A stretch of 64,000 bases of DNA from Macrostomum hystrix (lineage: Eukaryota; Animalia; Platyhelminthes): contig CATNEN010000002.1 in assembly GCA_950097015.1 (NCBI GenBank), forward strand, positions 1,116,001 to 1,180,000, given 5' to 3'. The position numbers and the translations under genes were made by a program. The notes beneath the pieces were generated by a model, which had not been told where the DNA came from, made no database searches, and was given only the letters and a program-made list of their open reading frames with translations. Positions 44,101 through 57,803 of the stretch are shown in pieces (position 1 is the stretch's first letter; the number at the start of each line of letters is the position of its first letter).

Positions 44101-47100
44101 CAATGGATTGCTAATCTATACTGTCACTGATGGAATACAATGGATTGCTAATCTATACTGTCACTGAAGGAATACAATGGATTGCTAATCTATACTGTCA
44201 CTGAAGGAATACAATGGATTGCTAATCTATACTGTCACTGAAGGAATACAATGGATTGCTAATCTATACTGTCACTGATGGAATACATTGGATTGCTAAT
44301 CTATACTGTCACTGAAGGAATACAATGGATTGCTAATCTATCCTGTCACTGAAGGAATACAATGGATTGCTAATCTATCCTGTCACTGAAGGAATACAAT
44401 GGATTGCTAATCTATACTGTCACTGAAGGAATACAATGGATTGCTAATCTATACTGTCACTGAAGGAATACAATGGATTGCTAATCTATACTGTCACTGA
44501 AGGAATACAATGGATTGCTAATCTATACTGTCACTGAAGGAATACAATGGATTGCTAATCTATACTGTCACTGAAGGAATACAATGGATTGCTAATCTAT
44601 ACTGTCACTGAAGGAATACAATGGATTGCTAATCTATACTGTCACTGAAGGAATACAATGGATTGCTAATCTATACTGTCACTGAAGGAATACAATGGAT
44701 TGCTAATCTATACTGTCACTGAAAGAATACAATGGATTGCTAATCTATACTGTCACTGAAGGAATACAATGGATTGCTAATCTATACTGTCACTGAAGGA
44801 ATACAATGGATTGCTAATCTATACTGTCACTGAAGGAATACAATGGATTGCTAATCTATACTGTCACTGATGGAATACAATGGATTGCTAATCTATACTG
44901 TCACTGAAGGAATACAATGGATTGCTAATCTATACTGTCACTGAAGGAATACAATGGATTGCTAATCTATACTGTCACTGAAGGAATACAATGGATTGCT
45001 AATCTATACTGTCACTGATGGAATACATTGGATTGCTAATCTATACTGTCACTGAAGGAATACAATGGATTGCTAATCTATCCTGTCACTGAAGGAATAC
45101 AATGGATTGCTAATCTATCCTGTCACTGAAGGAATACAATGGATTGCTAATCTATACTGTCACTGAAGGAATACAATGGATTGCTAATCTATACTGTCAC
45201 TGAAGGAATACAATGGATTGCTAATCTATACTGTCACTGAAGGAATACAATGGATTGCTAATCTATACTGTCACTGAAGGAATACAATGGATTGCTAATC
45301 TATACTGTCACTGAAGGAATACAATGGATTGCTAATCTATACTGTCACTGAAGGAATACAATGGATTGCTAATCTATACTGTCACTGATGGAATACAATG
45401 GATTGCTAATCTATACTGTCACTGAAGGAATACAATGGATTGCTAATCTATACTGTCACTGAAGGAATACAATGGATTGCTAATCTATACTGTCACTGAA
45501 GGAATACAATGGATTGCTAATCTATACTGTCACTGATGGAATACATTGGATTGCTAATCTATACTGTCACTGAAGGAATACAATGGATTGCTAATCTATC
45601 CTGTCACTGAAGGAATACAATGGATTGCTAATCTATCCTGTCACTGAAGGAATACAATGGATTGCTAATCTATACTGTCACTGAAGGAATACAATGGATT
45701 GCTAATCTATACTGTCACTGAAGGAATACAATGGATTGCTAATCTATACTGTCACTGAAGGAATACAATGGATTGCTAATCTATACTGTCACTGAAGGAA
45801 TACAATGGATTGCTAATCTATACTGTCACTGAAGGAATACAATGGATTGCTAATCTATACTGTCACTGAAGGAATACAATGGATTGCTAATCTATACTGT
45901 CACTGAAGGAGTACAATGGATTGCTAATCTATACTGTCACTGAAGGAATACAATGGATTGCTAATCTATACTGTCACTGATGGAATACAATGGATTGCTA
46001 ATCTATACTGTCACTGAAGGAATACAATGGATTGCTAATCTATACTGTCACTGAAGGAATACAATGGATTGCTAATCTATACTGTCACTGATGGAATACA
46101 TTGGATTGCTAATCTATACTGTCACTGAAGGAATACAATGGATTGCTAATCTATCCTGTCACTGAAGGAATACAATGGATTGCTAATCTATCCTGTCACT
46201 GAAGGAATACAATGGATTGCTAATCTATACTGTCACTGAAGGAATACAATGGATTGCTAATCTATACTGTCACTGAAGGAATACAATGGATTGCTAATCT
46301 ATACTGTCACTGAAGGAATACAATGGATTGCTAATCTATACTGTCACTGAAGGAATACAATGGATTGCTAATCTATACTGTCACTGAAGGAATACAATGG
46401 ATTGCTAATCTATACTGTCACTGAAGGAATACAATGGATTGCTAATCTATACTGTCACTGATGGAATACATTGGATTGCTAATCTATACTGTCACTGAAG
46501 GAATACAATGGATTGCTAATCTATCCTGTCACTGAAGGAATACAATGGATTGCTAATCTATACTGTCACTGAAGGAATACAATGGATTGCTAATCTATAC
46601 TGTCACTGAAGGAGTACAATGGATTGCTAATCTATACTGTCACTGAAGGAATACAATGGATTGCTAATCTATACTGTCACTGATGGAATACAATGGATTG
46701 CTAATCTATACTGTCACTGATGGAATACAATGGATTGCTAATCTATACTGTCACTGAAGGAATACAATGGATTGCTAATCTATACTGTCACTGAAGGAAT
46801 ACAATGGATTGCTAATCTATACAGTCACTGATGGAATACAATGGATTGCTAATCTATACTGTCACTGATGGAATACAATGGATTGCTAATCTATACTGTC
46901 ACTGAAGGAATACAATGGATTGCTAATCTATACTGTCACTGAAGGAATACAATGTATTGCTAATCTATCCTGTCACTGAAGGAATACAATGGATTGCTAA
47001 TCTATACTGTCACTGAAGGAATACAATGGATTGCTAATCTATACTGTCACTGATAGAATACAATGGATTGCTAATCTATACTGTCACTGAAGGAATACAA

Positions 47101-47635
47101 TGGATTGCTAATCTATACTGTCACTGATGGAATACAATGGATTGCTAATCTATACTGTCACTGATGGAATACAATGGATTGCTAATCTATACTGTCACTG
47201 ATGGAATACAATGGATTGCTAATCTATACTGTCACTGATGGAATACAATGGATTGCTAATCTATACTGTCACTGATGGAATACAATGGATTGCTAATCTA
47301 TACTGTCACTGATGGAATACAATGGATTGCTAATCTATACTGTCACTGATGGAATACAATGGATTGCTAATCTATACTGTCACTGATGGAATACAATGGA
47401 TTGCTAATCTATACTGTCACTGATGGAATACAATGGATTGCTAATCTATACTGTCACTGATGGAATACAATGGATTGCTAATCTATACTGTCACTGATGG
47501 AATACAATGGATTGCTAATCTATACTGTCACTGATGGAATACAATGGATTGCTAATCTATGCTGTCACTGAAGGAATACAATGGATTGCTAATCTATACT
47601 GTCACTGATGGAATACAATGGATTGCTAATCTATC
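38106..47635. repeat. 37-bp satellite (GAAGGAATACAATGGATTGCTAATCTATACTGTCACT)n, ~257 copies
   Basis: Period 37, near-identical units, higher-order variant pattern. Confidence 0.98.
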
Positions 47636-48197
47636 TGATAAAAGAATAAATATAGTAGGGACTTCTAACCAAGACTGGATGACCTGCATTACCAGTACGA
47701 GATAGCAATGATTGATACAATTATTTTTCTTCTTGCAATTTTTATTCAAATAAATATTCCACACAAATGAATTTTTAGTGTCATTGATGCTCGAAAATAG
47801 GCCTATTCAGTTTTTCTCTTGCATTTTAACTACGCGAGGAGTGCTGCGTTGAACTCAATATTTAAGAGTTCGTCAGTTCTTACATTGCGTGCTAGTAATC
47901 AATCAAAAAAATCTGCGACTGAAGCAAAGAGAGGCATCGAGACATGTGGGCAAGGACAGGTCCCGTGTATTAATTAATAAATGGGAAATTGTTAAGATGC
48001 GAAACTGCGATTGGTTGAGTCGAAACTGCCGGATGGGAAATTTACAAAAGAGAAACCGATAGACAGACGTATATATTTTCAGGATAAAATTCTGATGAAA
48101 TTATTAGCCAGAAACATGGACCCAGAAAATAGACTTCTGAGAAAATAAAGGGTGAGGTTGAGAACTGTGGCTGGAGACTGGCAGGGTAAAAGAGTCG

Positions 48198-49345
48198 GAG
48201 AGTGGGATAATGGGAGAGTGGGATAATGGGAGAGTGGGATAATGGGATAGTGGGATAATGGGAGAGTAGGATAATCGGAGAGTGAGATAATGGCAGATTG
48301 GGATAATGATGGAATGGGATAATGGGAGAGTGGGATAATGGGAGGGTGGGATAATGGGAGAGTGGGATAATGGGAGAGTGGGATAATGGGAGAGTGGGAT
48401 AATGGGAGAGTGAGATAATGGGAGAGTGAGATAAAGGCAGAGTGGGATAATGGGAGAGTGGGATAATGGGAGAGTGGGATAATGGGAGAGTGGGATAATG
48501 GGAGAGTGAGATAATGGGAGAGTGAGATAATGGGAGAGTGAGATAAAGGCAGAGTGGGATAATGGGATAGTGGGATAATGGGATAGTGGGATAATGGGAG
48601 AGTAGGATAATCCGAGAGTGATATAATGGCAGATTGGGATAATGATGGAATGGGATAATGGGAGAGTGGGATAATGGGAGGGTGTGATAATGGGAGGGTG
48701 GGATAATGGGAGAGTGGGATAATGGGAGAGTGAGATACTGGGAGAGTGAGATAATGGGAGAGTGAGATAATGGGAGAGTGAGATAAAGGCAGAGTGGGAT
48801 AATGGGAGAGTGGGATAATGGGATAGTGGGATAAAGGGAGAGTAGGATAATCAGAGAGTGAGATAATGGGAGATTGGGATAATGATGGAATGGGATAATG
48901 GGAGAGTGGGATAATGGGAGGGTGGGATAATGGGAGAGTGGGATAATGGGAGAGTGGGATAATGGGAGAGTGAGATACTTGGAGAGTGAGATAATGGGAG
49001 AGTGAGATAATGGGAGAGTGAGATAAAGGCAGAGTGGGATAATGGGAGAGTGGGATAATGGGAGAGTGAGATAATGGGAGAGTGAGATAAAGGCAGAGTG
49101 GGATAATGGGAGAGTGGGATAAAGGGATAGTGGGATAATGGGAGAGTGGGATAATGGGAGAGTGAGATAATGGGAGAGTGGGATAATGGGAGAGTGGGAT
49201 AATGGGAGAGTGGGATAATGGGAGGGTGGGATAATGGGAGAGTGGGATAATGGGAGAGTGGGATAATGGGAGAGTGAGATACTGGGAGAGTGAGATAATG
49301 GGAGAGTGAGATAATGGGAGAGCGAAATAATCGGAGAGTGGGATT
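48198..49345. repeat. 16-bp G-rich minisatellite (GGGAGAGTGGGATAAT)n
   Basis: Period 16; two GGG tracts per unit. Confidence 0.96.
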
Positions 49346-50245
49346 AATGGGCGAGTGGGGCAGTGGTAGAGTGTGAGAGTGGCAGAGTTGGCGGTAGTGA
49401 TGCTGAGGTCAAAGGAGCCGCGGTATCAAAGGGGGCATAGTTTTCAGGCGGCCGTATCTGATAGTGAAAGACTCGCAAAAGGAGTCACAGCCTGCCACAC
49501 CCAAGGCAAATTTAGGCGCAGCAAAAATGTTAGTAAGGCCGGTATAATGCCGAACAAAATGTTGCGAGGCTGAATTTAGGAGTTGCAAATGCGCATGTAT
49601 AAATAGAACGAATTTTCAAACGCTTGGCGGTTCTCTGTTTGAAAGACTGAGCAAGGGGCGGCTTTTGAGTTTGCAAAAACTCTTCTCCACATTGTTACTT
49701 TGTTAGAACTAAATCAGAGAGACAAGGGAGAATTGGAGAAAATAAATACATTGGGAGGCAGATAATGAGAGAAAGGCAATCACTTACACCTGAGTGGCCT
49801 CTGTGCTAGTGGAATTTGGCAGCTAGGCAGGTGTCGCATGATGACGTCAGCCTCAGCTGATGTGGCTGTGAGAACACTTTGTCTAATTGAGCACACCGGC
49901 GTCGATAAATGCTGAAGGCAAATCCTTATTTAATCCTTGTAGTTTATTGCTGACAAGAAATATTTTTGAACGGCAGCTTTTGTGCTGGGGATTAAAGAGA
50001 CAACCCCTTGGAGAAACTGCAATCCTATTGGCTGGCCAATCAGGGAAGACCGACCGACCATAGGGGCGAGTTGGGAAATAAGTCCCACCCCAGCTATTGT
50101 GACCTCCTATCGTCTATCCCTGCTAAATCCTTGTTACCGAATCCCACACCAAAATCAATAGGATATTTTTTTCATTTATAATCATAATTCTGATCACTAA
50201 TATCAATTCTTACATTAAAATTGTGTAATATATATCTTAATAAAA

Positions 50246-51752
50246 ATCTCCCTGCAACACCCTCTCATCTCCCTGCAACACCCTCTCATCCCCCTGCAAC
50301 ACCTACTCATCTCCCTGCAACACCCTCTCATCCCCCCTGCAACACCCTCTCATCTCCCTGCAACACCCTCTCATCTCCCTGCAACACCCTCTCATCTCCC
50401 TGCAACACCCTCTCATCTCCCTGCAACACCCTCTCATCCCCCCTGCAACACCCTCTCATCCCCCCTGCAACACCCACTCATCTCCCTGCAACACCCTCTC
50501 ATCTCCCTGCAACACCCACTCATCTCCCTGCAACACCCACTCATCTCCCTGCAACACCCACTCATCTCCCTGCAACACCCACTCATCCCCCTGCAACACC
50601 CACTCATCTCCCTGCAACACCTACTCATCTCCCTGCAACACCCACTCATCTCCCTGCAACACCCACTCATCTCCCTGCAACACCCACTCATCTCCCTGCA
50701 ACATCCACTCATCTCCATGCAACACCCACTCATCTCCATGCAACACCCTCTCATCTCCCTGCAACACCCTCTCATCCCCCCTGCAACACCCTCTCATCCC
50801 CCCTGCAACACCCACTCATCTCCCTGCAACACCCACTCATCTCCCTGCAACACCCACTCATCTCCCTGCAACACCCACTCATCTCCCTGCAACACCCACT
50901 CATCTCCCTGCAACACCCACTCATCTCCATGCAACACCCACTCATCTCCCTGCAACACCCACTCATCCCCCTGCAACACCCACTCATCTCCCTGCAACAC
51001 CCTCTCATCCCCCTGCAACACCCACTCATCTCCCTGCAACACCCACTCATCTCCCTGCAACACCCACTCATCTCCCTGCAACATCCACTCATCTCCCTGC
51101 AACATCCACTCATCTCCCTGCAACATCCACTCATCTCCCTGCAACATCCACTCATCTCCCTGCAACACCCTCTCATCCCTCTGCAACACCCACTCATCTC
51201 CCTGCAACACCCACTCATCCCCCTGCAACACCCACTCATCCCCCTGCAACACCCACTCATCCCCCTGCAACACCCTCTCATCTCCCTGCAACACCCTCTC
51301 ATCTCCCTGCAACACCCTCTCATCTCCCTGCAACACCCTCTCATCCCCCCTGCAACACCTACTCATCCCCCTGCAACACCCTCTCATCCCCCTGCAACAC
51401 CCTCTCATCCCCCCTGCAACACCCTCTCATCCCTCTGCAACACCCTCTCATCCCTCTGCAACACCCTCTCATCCCCCTGCAACACCCTCTCATCCCTCTG
51501 CAACACCCTCTTATCCCTCTGCAACACCCACTCATCTCCCTGCAACACCCACTCATCTCCCTGCAACACCCACTCATCTCCCTGCAACACCCACTCATCT
51601 CCCTGCAACACCCACTCATCTCCCTGCAACACCCACTCATCTCCCTGCAACACCCACTCATCTCCCTGCAACACCCACTCATCTCCCTGCAACATCCACT
51701 CATCTCCCTGCAACACCCACTCATCTCCCTGCAACACCTACTCATCTCCCTG
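50246..51752. repeat. 21-bp C-rich minisatellite (CATCTCCCTGCAACACCC[A/T]CT)n
   Basis: Period ~21; source of the LQHPLIS and ATPTHLP pseudo-ORFs. Confidence 0.97.
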
Positions 51753-52903
51753 ATCAGGTTATATTGCTAACTAATGCCATAACTCAGCAATGTCAGTCTA
51801 GCTTTCAGTATCTCTCTCAGAGGTTCATCCAAGCAAATTAGTCGGCAAACAGGTGCGGAATAGACTTCGCAATTTTGATAATAACTGTGATTAAAGCAGC
51901 AGCAGCAGCAGCAGCAGCGTATGGCATCTCCACAAAGGTATGAAGCTAATCGTCATAATTATCTGCATTTCCAGCATATTGCTGCTGCTGCTTCTGCTGC
52001 TGCTTCGAACAAATAAAAGCACTTTCTAATTATTCTATTCGCTAGAATACTAGCGTACAGCCAGTGTGAGACAGGGAGAGAAGAGAATTAAAGGCGGCGA
52101 GCTGCTTTCAGGCCAGGCGGAAAGCAAAAAATATCTCTTGAGAACAGAAGAGTAGAATAAGGCTGAGCAGTGATCTCCATATCGAAAAACTTTGAGAAGT
52201 CAGCAAATCCTTATTGCAAACTATCAGCTATTTAAATGTAGTCATGTTTTCCGTGTTTCCACTTTCGGCGAAAAAAGTTCTAGACCAGACGGTGGCCATA
52301 CTAATTGAAAACGGATAAATTAATTTGATGGATGAGATTCTCCCTATGCCAGCTCAAGATGGAGTATGTTGGAACATTTTGAGAGTGCGCCCGCAGACTT
52401 TTATATGACTCGGACTGCCGGAAAAAAAATTCTCCTAGAGGTGAAAGAAGAGATGAGGAAAAATAGGAGAAATTTACAGCCAGCAGTCACGCCAGGTCAG
52501 ACAGACAAGAGGGGCAGAGAGAGGGGGAGAGGCAGGGCGAGAAGGATAAGAAAGAATGAGCCGGGGTATATAGAAAAAAAGAAGAATGGAGGCTCAAAGT
52601 TTCAAAGGCGGGCGAGGGGCATGCAAATGAGCCAGCGAGTCGACCCCCGATTGATGAGTCAAAGGAAGAGAACCCTTTTTCTCCTAAAAGAAAACTAGAG
52701 AAGCGGTGGGATGGCTAGACAGAGTAAAGGGGCTAATTCGCTTTATTTAAGGCTAATATTATTTATTGGCTCACAGAAGCCATTGTGAGTTCTGAGTACT
52801 GAAGCTGCAGAGAGTGCCAGACAGACTGAGTTTGCAAATTTTATGCATGGCGCTACACGTATACTGTGGGTAGGATGATAAATGTGATTTATTGATTCAT
52901 TGG

Positions 52904-53140
<237 letters not shown>

Positions 53141-54059
53141 ACTTATGACATATGACATATTCTAATGACTAAAATGCCAGTTTAGTAATTGAGAGAGTTA
53201 ACAAGCTCATTAGATTGACTTAATCTTTAGTCCTGATGAGTAAAATAATTCCATCCCTTCCCACGATGACTCAGCGTCATCCAGCTGATGACCAACTAGA
53301 TTAACGCCTTATTCCAAGATCCATGTTCATTGTGACGAGCCTTAACTGACCAGCAACAGCAAGCTCACGCGAGCAATTCCATTGCCCTCACTAGTTCATT
53401 TGAAGGACCCGCCAATGCCCTCCACGGCCGCTCCAATCAGTCTCTGCTAAGAAGAGCGGAGAAACGAAAAAGAATGAAACGACTCTAACCCGAGTTGAGC
53501 ACTGGGGCACTGATATATTAGTTGCGACTACAGTTAAGCAGACAGGTCATAGTACACTCGGGCTAAATCGATGCACAGCTCAGCACGCGACTGCTTTGGC
53601 GACACCTGATGCTCTTTTTGCTCAGCTTTCACTGGCTGTGCTCAGCCTAATGAATCAGTTAGCGTCTGTCAATGCCAGTCGGAGCTAGTTATCATCAGGT
53701 TTTCTCTTGCTTTCACTGGCTGTGCCGGGTCTCGTCACCCACCTGCAGTCAACGGCAGATGACAATTAGCGAAGTTCGCTTTTTTAGTCTAATTATTCGA
53801 AAACCTCATAATACCAGTATAATATATCTGCTTATCTGCTCAGAGCTGCAAGCAATTCCGTGGCAAAGATTTTGAGCAAATTTGAGCATTTATCAAATGG
53901 TACGGAGTCACTTATTCAGTAGTTATTCATTTTTACGTGTTGTGATTTAATAGTTTCTATGTACTGTATCTTTCGGTGCACTTTCACTGTCGCGTTGCAC
54001 TTTGAGTCGCCCCCCCCTGCCCCTTTCTTGCTCTGTGCCTGCCTGCCTGTCAATTTCTC

Positions 54060-54250
54060 TCACCCCGTCTGATTGGTTGAGCTAAGACGTTGCGTACCCC
54101 TGGTTATTGTCATCTTCCGTTCCTGCCCTCTCATTGGTTCGCGGCTCGCCCAGTTGTCTTATTGACCCTGCGTGATTGGCGAGGCTGCGACTGGTTCAAT
54201 ACATCAACTCAGCCAGCTCTCCCGAGCGCAAACCCGCACTGCTAGCCTAC
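54060..54250 (+). promoter_or_regulatory. Candidate promoter (three CCAAT boxes) and non-coding first exon of the laminin gene
   Basis: ATTGG at 54072, 54133 and 54175, then an ATG-free segment ending C|GTAAGT at 54251. Confidence 0.4.
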
Positions 54251-54514
54251 GTAAGTGTCGCTCTGCCTCTGTTTTTTCGGGTTCAGTCACTAGGACTTTG
54301 TCGCCAGGGCCTGTGCATTCGTTGCGACCTTGGTTGCCGGCTTACTGCCTGTGCGTCTAGTGCGACAGTAGGCCGACACATAATAGGACGGAAGTGCTGA
54401 ACCTCCCTGCTCGTCCTGAGCGAGAGGCGAAGCCGGCTGGCCCGTCTCGGGACACGACACTTGTTTTTTATTTCACCTCTAATCCGTTTCACCTTTTGTC
54501 ACTGTCACCTCTTA

Positions 54515-55626
54515 TGTCAGCTGTCAGCTGTAGTTCTGTCTGTCAGCTGCAGTTCTGTCTGTCAGCTGTAGTTCTGTCTGTCAGCTGTAGTTCTGTCAGC
54601 TGTAGTTCTGTCAGCTGTAGTTCTGTCAGCTGTAGTTCTGTCAGCTGCAGTTCTGTCTGTCAGCTGTAGTTCTGTCAGCTGTAGTTCTGTCAGCTGTAGT
54701 TCCGTCAGCTGTAGTTCTGTCAGCTGCAGTTCTGTCTGTCAGCTGCAGTTCTGTCTGTCAGCTGTAGTTCTGTCAGCTGTAGTTCTGTCAGCTGTAGTTC
54801 CGTCAGCTGTAGTTCTGTCAGCTGCAGTTCTGTCTGTCAGCTGCAGTTCTGTCTGTCAGCTGTAGTTCTGTCAGCTGTAGTTCTGTCAGCTGTAGTTCTG
54901 TCAGCTGTAGTTCTGTCAGCTGTAGTTCTGTCAGCTGTAGTTCTGTCAGCTGTAGTTCTGTCAGCTGTAGTTCTGTCAGCTGTAGTTCTGTCAGCTGTAG
55001 TTCCGTCAGCTGTAGTTCTGTCAGCTGTAGTTCTGTCAGCTGCAGTTCTGTCTGTCAGCTGCAGTTCTGTCTGTCAGCTGCAGTTCTGTCTGTCAGCTGT
55101 AGTTCTGTCAGCTGTAGTTCTGTCAGCTGTAGTTCTGTCAGCTGTAGTTCTGTCAGCTGTAGTTCTGTCAGCTGTAGTTCTGTCAGCTGTAGTTCTGTCA
55201 GCTGTAGTTCTGTCAGCTGTAGTTCTGTCAGCTGTAGTTCCGTCAGCTGTAGTTCTGTCAGCTGCTGTTCTGTCTGTCAGCTGCAGTTCTGTCTGTCAGC
55301 TGTAGTTCCGTCAGCTGTAGTTTTGTCAGCTGCAGTTCTGTCTGTCAGCTGCAGTTCTGTCTGTCAGCTGCAGTTCTGTCTGTCAGCTGCAGATCTGTCT
55401 GTCAGCTGTAGTTCCGTCAGTTGTGGTTCTGTCTGTCAGCTGCAGTTCTGTCTGTCAGCTGCAGTTCTGTCTGTCAGCTGCAGTTCTGTCTGTCAGCTGC
55501 GGATCTGTCTGTCAGCTGTAGTTCCGTCAGTTGTGGTTCTGTCTGTCAGCTGTAGTTCTGTCTGTCAGCTGTAGTTCTGACTATCAGCTGTAGTTCTGTC
55601 TGTCAGCTGTAGTTCTGTCTGTCAGC
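54515..55626. repeat. 15/19-bp minisatellite (GTCAGCTG[T/C]AGTTCT[GTCT])n
   Basis: Mixed 15-bp and 19-bp units. Confidence 0.96.
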
Positions 55627-56267
55627 ATTAAGCACGTTGGATATTTCGTAGGCATTTATTTGCTAATTAGTAACAGTTAAAATCGAATAAGTTCTCACCT
55701 ATTCCTTGAGAAAGTTTAGCCAGTTTAATGATGTCTTACAAGATAAAGCATCTTATTAACCTGTAGCTCTACTTTTCCTATAGGAAAATTCATGACTTGC
55801 CTAAGCTACTTCACTTTAACAAGCACCCACTTCAATCCAGCTACACCATCTGCCTAAAGACAGCGGTGTCACACGATGCAGCAAATACAATTCAAGAGTG
55901 AAGTGTTTACAAGACTCTGATTGATATGTGTTTTCCTGTCTGAGATTTAATAACAGCAAATATGCAAAAACACGAGTAACTTTAATCCAAATAATGAGTT
56001 TATTTTTCAAATCAGACAAAAAGTGCTCAAGTTGGTTTCCCGTTTTGTTACTTCGTCCGTGGCTGTATGAAAAATATATAAAAAGTACATTATTTATGTG
56101 TCTCATATCGTCTCTCTAATTTCTCGTTGCTCATTAAAGCGGCATTGAAAACTGATTTGAGCGGGTCAACAAACTCCTCACTCGCTGGGCCTGAATAAGA
56201 GTTCTCTGTCGCATAACATGAGTATGCCATTTTCTTAGAAAACCCAGTAAAATTAGATCTAACAATC

Positions 56268-56590
56268 CGGAGACGTCTGTCTAGCATCCCTAAGACACCT
56301 GTCTAACATCTCTAAGACACCTGTCTAACATCTCTAAGACACCTGTCTAACATCTCTAAGACGCCTGTCTAACATCTCTAAGACACCTGTCTAACATCTC
56401 TAAGACACCTGTCTAACATCTCTAAGACACCTGTCTAACATCTCTAAGACACCTGTCTAACATCCCTAAGACACCTGTCTAACATCCCTAAGACACCTGT
56501 CTAACATCCCTAAGACACCTGTCTAACATCTCTAAGACACCTGTCTAACATCTCTAAGACACCTGTCTAACATCTCTAAGACACCTCTAA
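56268..56590. repeat. 22-bp minisatellite (CTAAGACACCTGTCTAACATC[T/C])n
   Basis: Period 22; bracketed by ~40-bp imperfect direct repeats. Confidence 0.95.
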
Positions 56591-57739
56591 GTTCTATTGT
56601 GAATAATTTGAGTAATGCGATTTTCTTAGAAAACCCTGCTAAATTAGATCGTAAAATAACAAATTGAGTCACTTCATAAATATTAGTTAACCCAACTTTC
56701 TTGAATAATCTCCAGTGTTCTGTTGGCAATGTTTTTTATCTTCTATGATATGCTCAAGTGGAGTGAGTAAATCAGCATGAGCAGAAGCTTAAATTCCTTC
56801 ATTACAAAAAAGGAAATTGTTAATCTTCTTTGCTGAAAGAAGGTTGGTCTAGGTGGGATTTGTCTGCAGATTTATGGCTACTGTCGGCCAGGAGCAGTGA
56901 TGAGGCAAGGTGCATTGTGAGTGCGTGAGTGTGCTCAGGAGTCATCTCAATGAGCAGAATCCTCGCTGGCCATGCGTCTAGTGTATTTGAATGATTTCGA
57001 CTTAAAAATCAAAGAAAAATGTCAAGATTCTAGTTTGAAATTATATTCATACTACTTACTCAGTAGCGTATTAAGGTTTACACTTAAGATGCCGAAAATT
57101 TGTTGAAGATGATTTGGCTAATGGTTATTTTCAATACTGCTGAATCTTTTCTACTTGCGAAAGTCGTTGGAAAACTTCTTTTTAGAAAAAAAATTCCGGG
57201 ATATTTTTCAAATGTTCTCCAACCTAGAAGGGGGAAAATTTGCTGGTGCAACCGCACTTGAAAACTGGACCCACCCTGGAGGAAATCGCGAACATTCTTT
57301 GAAAGGAGGGGGCGGGTGCAGCGCAGGCAGAAAACGGACTGCTACACGGGGCAGGGTTTAAAAGCAGATACTGACCATTAAACTGCGTCTGCAGCAGTAG
57401 TTGAGGAACCAAATAGCATAGAGACACACTGACAATACCTTGGTTTGAGAGAAGTCAGCTAGATTTTCAAACAAGGCGCAACACTAGGCACCTAATAGTG
57501 GAGCCAGGTGAAACCTCCACGCTTTTATCAGATCTTTATCTAATATTGTCCACTTAAAAGGGTGTTTGAACTCATTGGAGTTGAATGAATCAGAGTTCAA
57601 CATGGGCACAAATAAGGTTTAAAGACGGGTCAAAATAATTGCTTTTATTGAGTTAGCTTTTGAATCTGCAACATTTTGCCTGTGAGCCTTTTGGCTTCAG
57701 TTGGTTTGTATTGCCCTATTCTGATTGTTATTACCTGCT

Positions 57740-57771
<32 letters not shown>

Positions 57772-57803
57772 TGGCAGTCAGTTTTGTGCTGGAGTCAATG
57801 TAG
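57740..57803 (+). CDS. LAMB1: Laminin beta coding exon 1: poly-Leu signal peptide
   Basis: MLLLLLLLLLLGSQFCAGVNV; G|GTAAGT donor; acceptor ttggcttcag| at 57700 implies an upstream UTR exon. Confidence 0.7.

Noticed and set aside
38106-47635. CRISPR-like appearance (palindromic 28-bp repeat plus spacer)
   Set aside because: Spacers are identical within each array and only 9-11 bp long, there are no cas genes, and the context is eukaryotic and intron-rich
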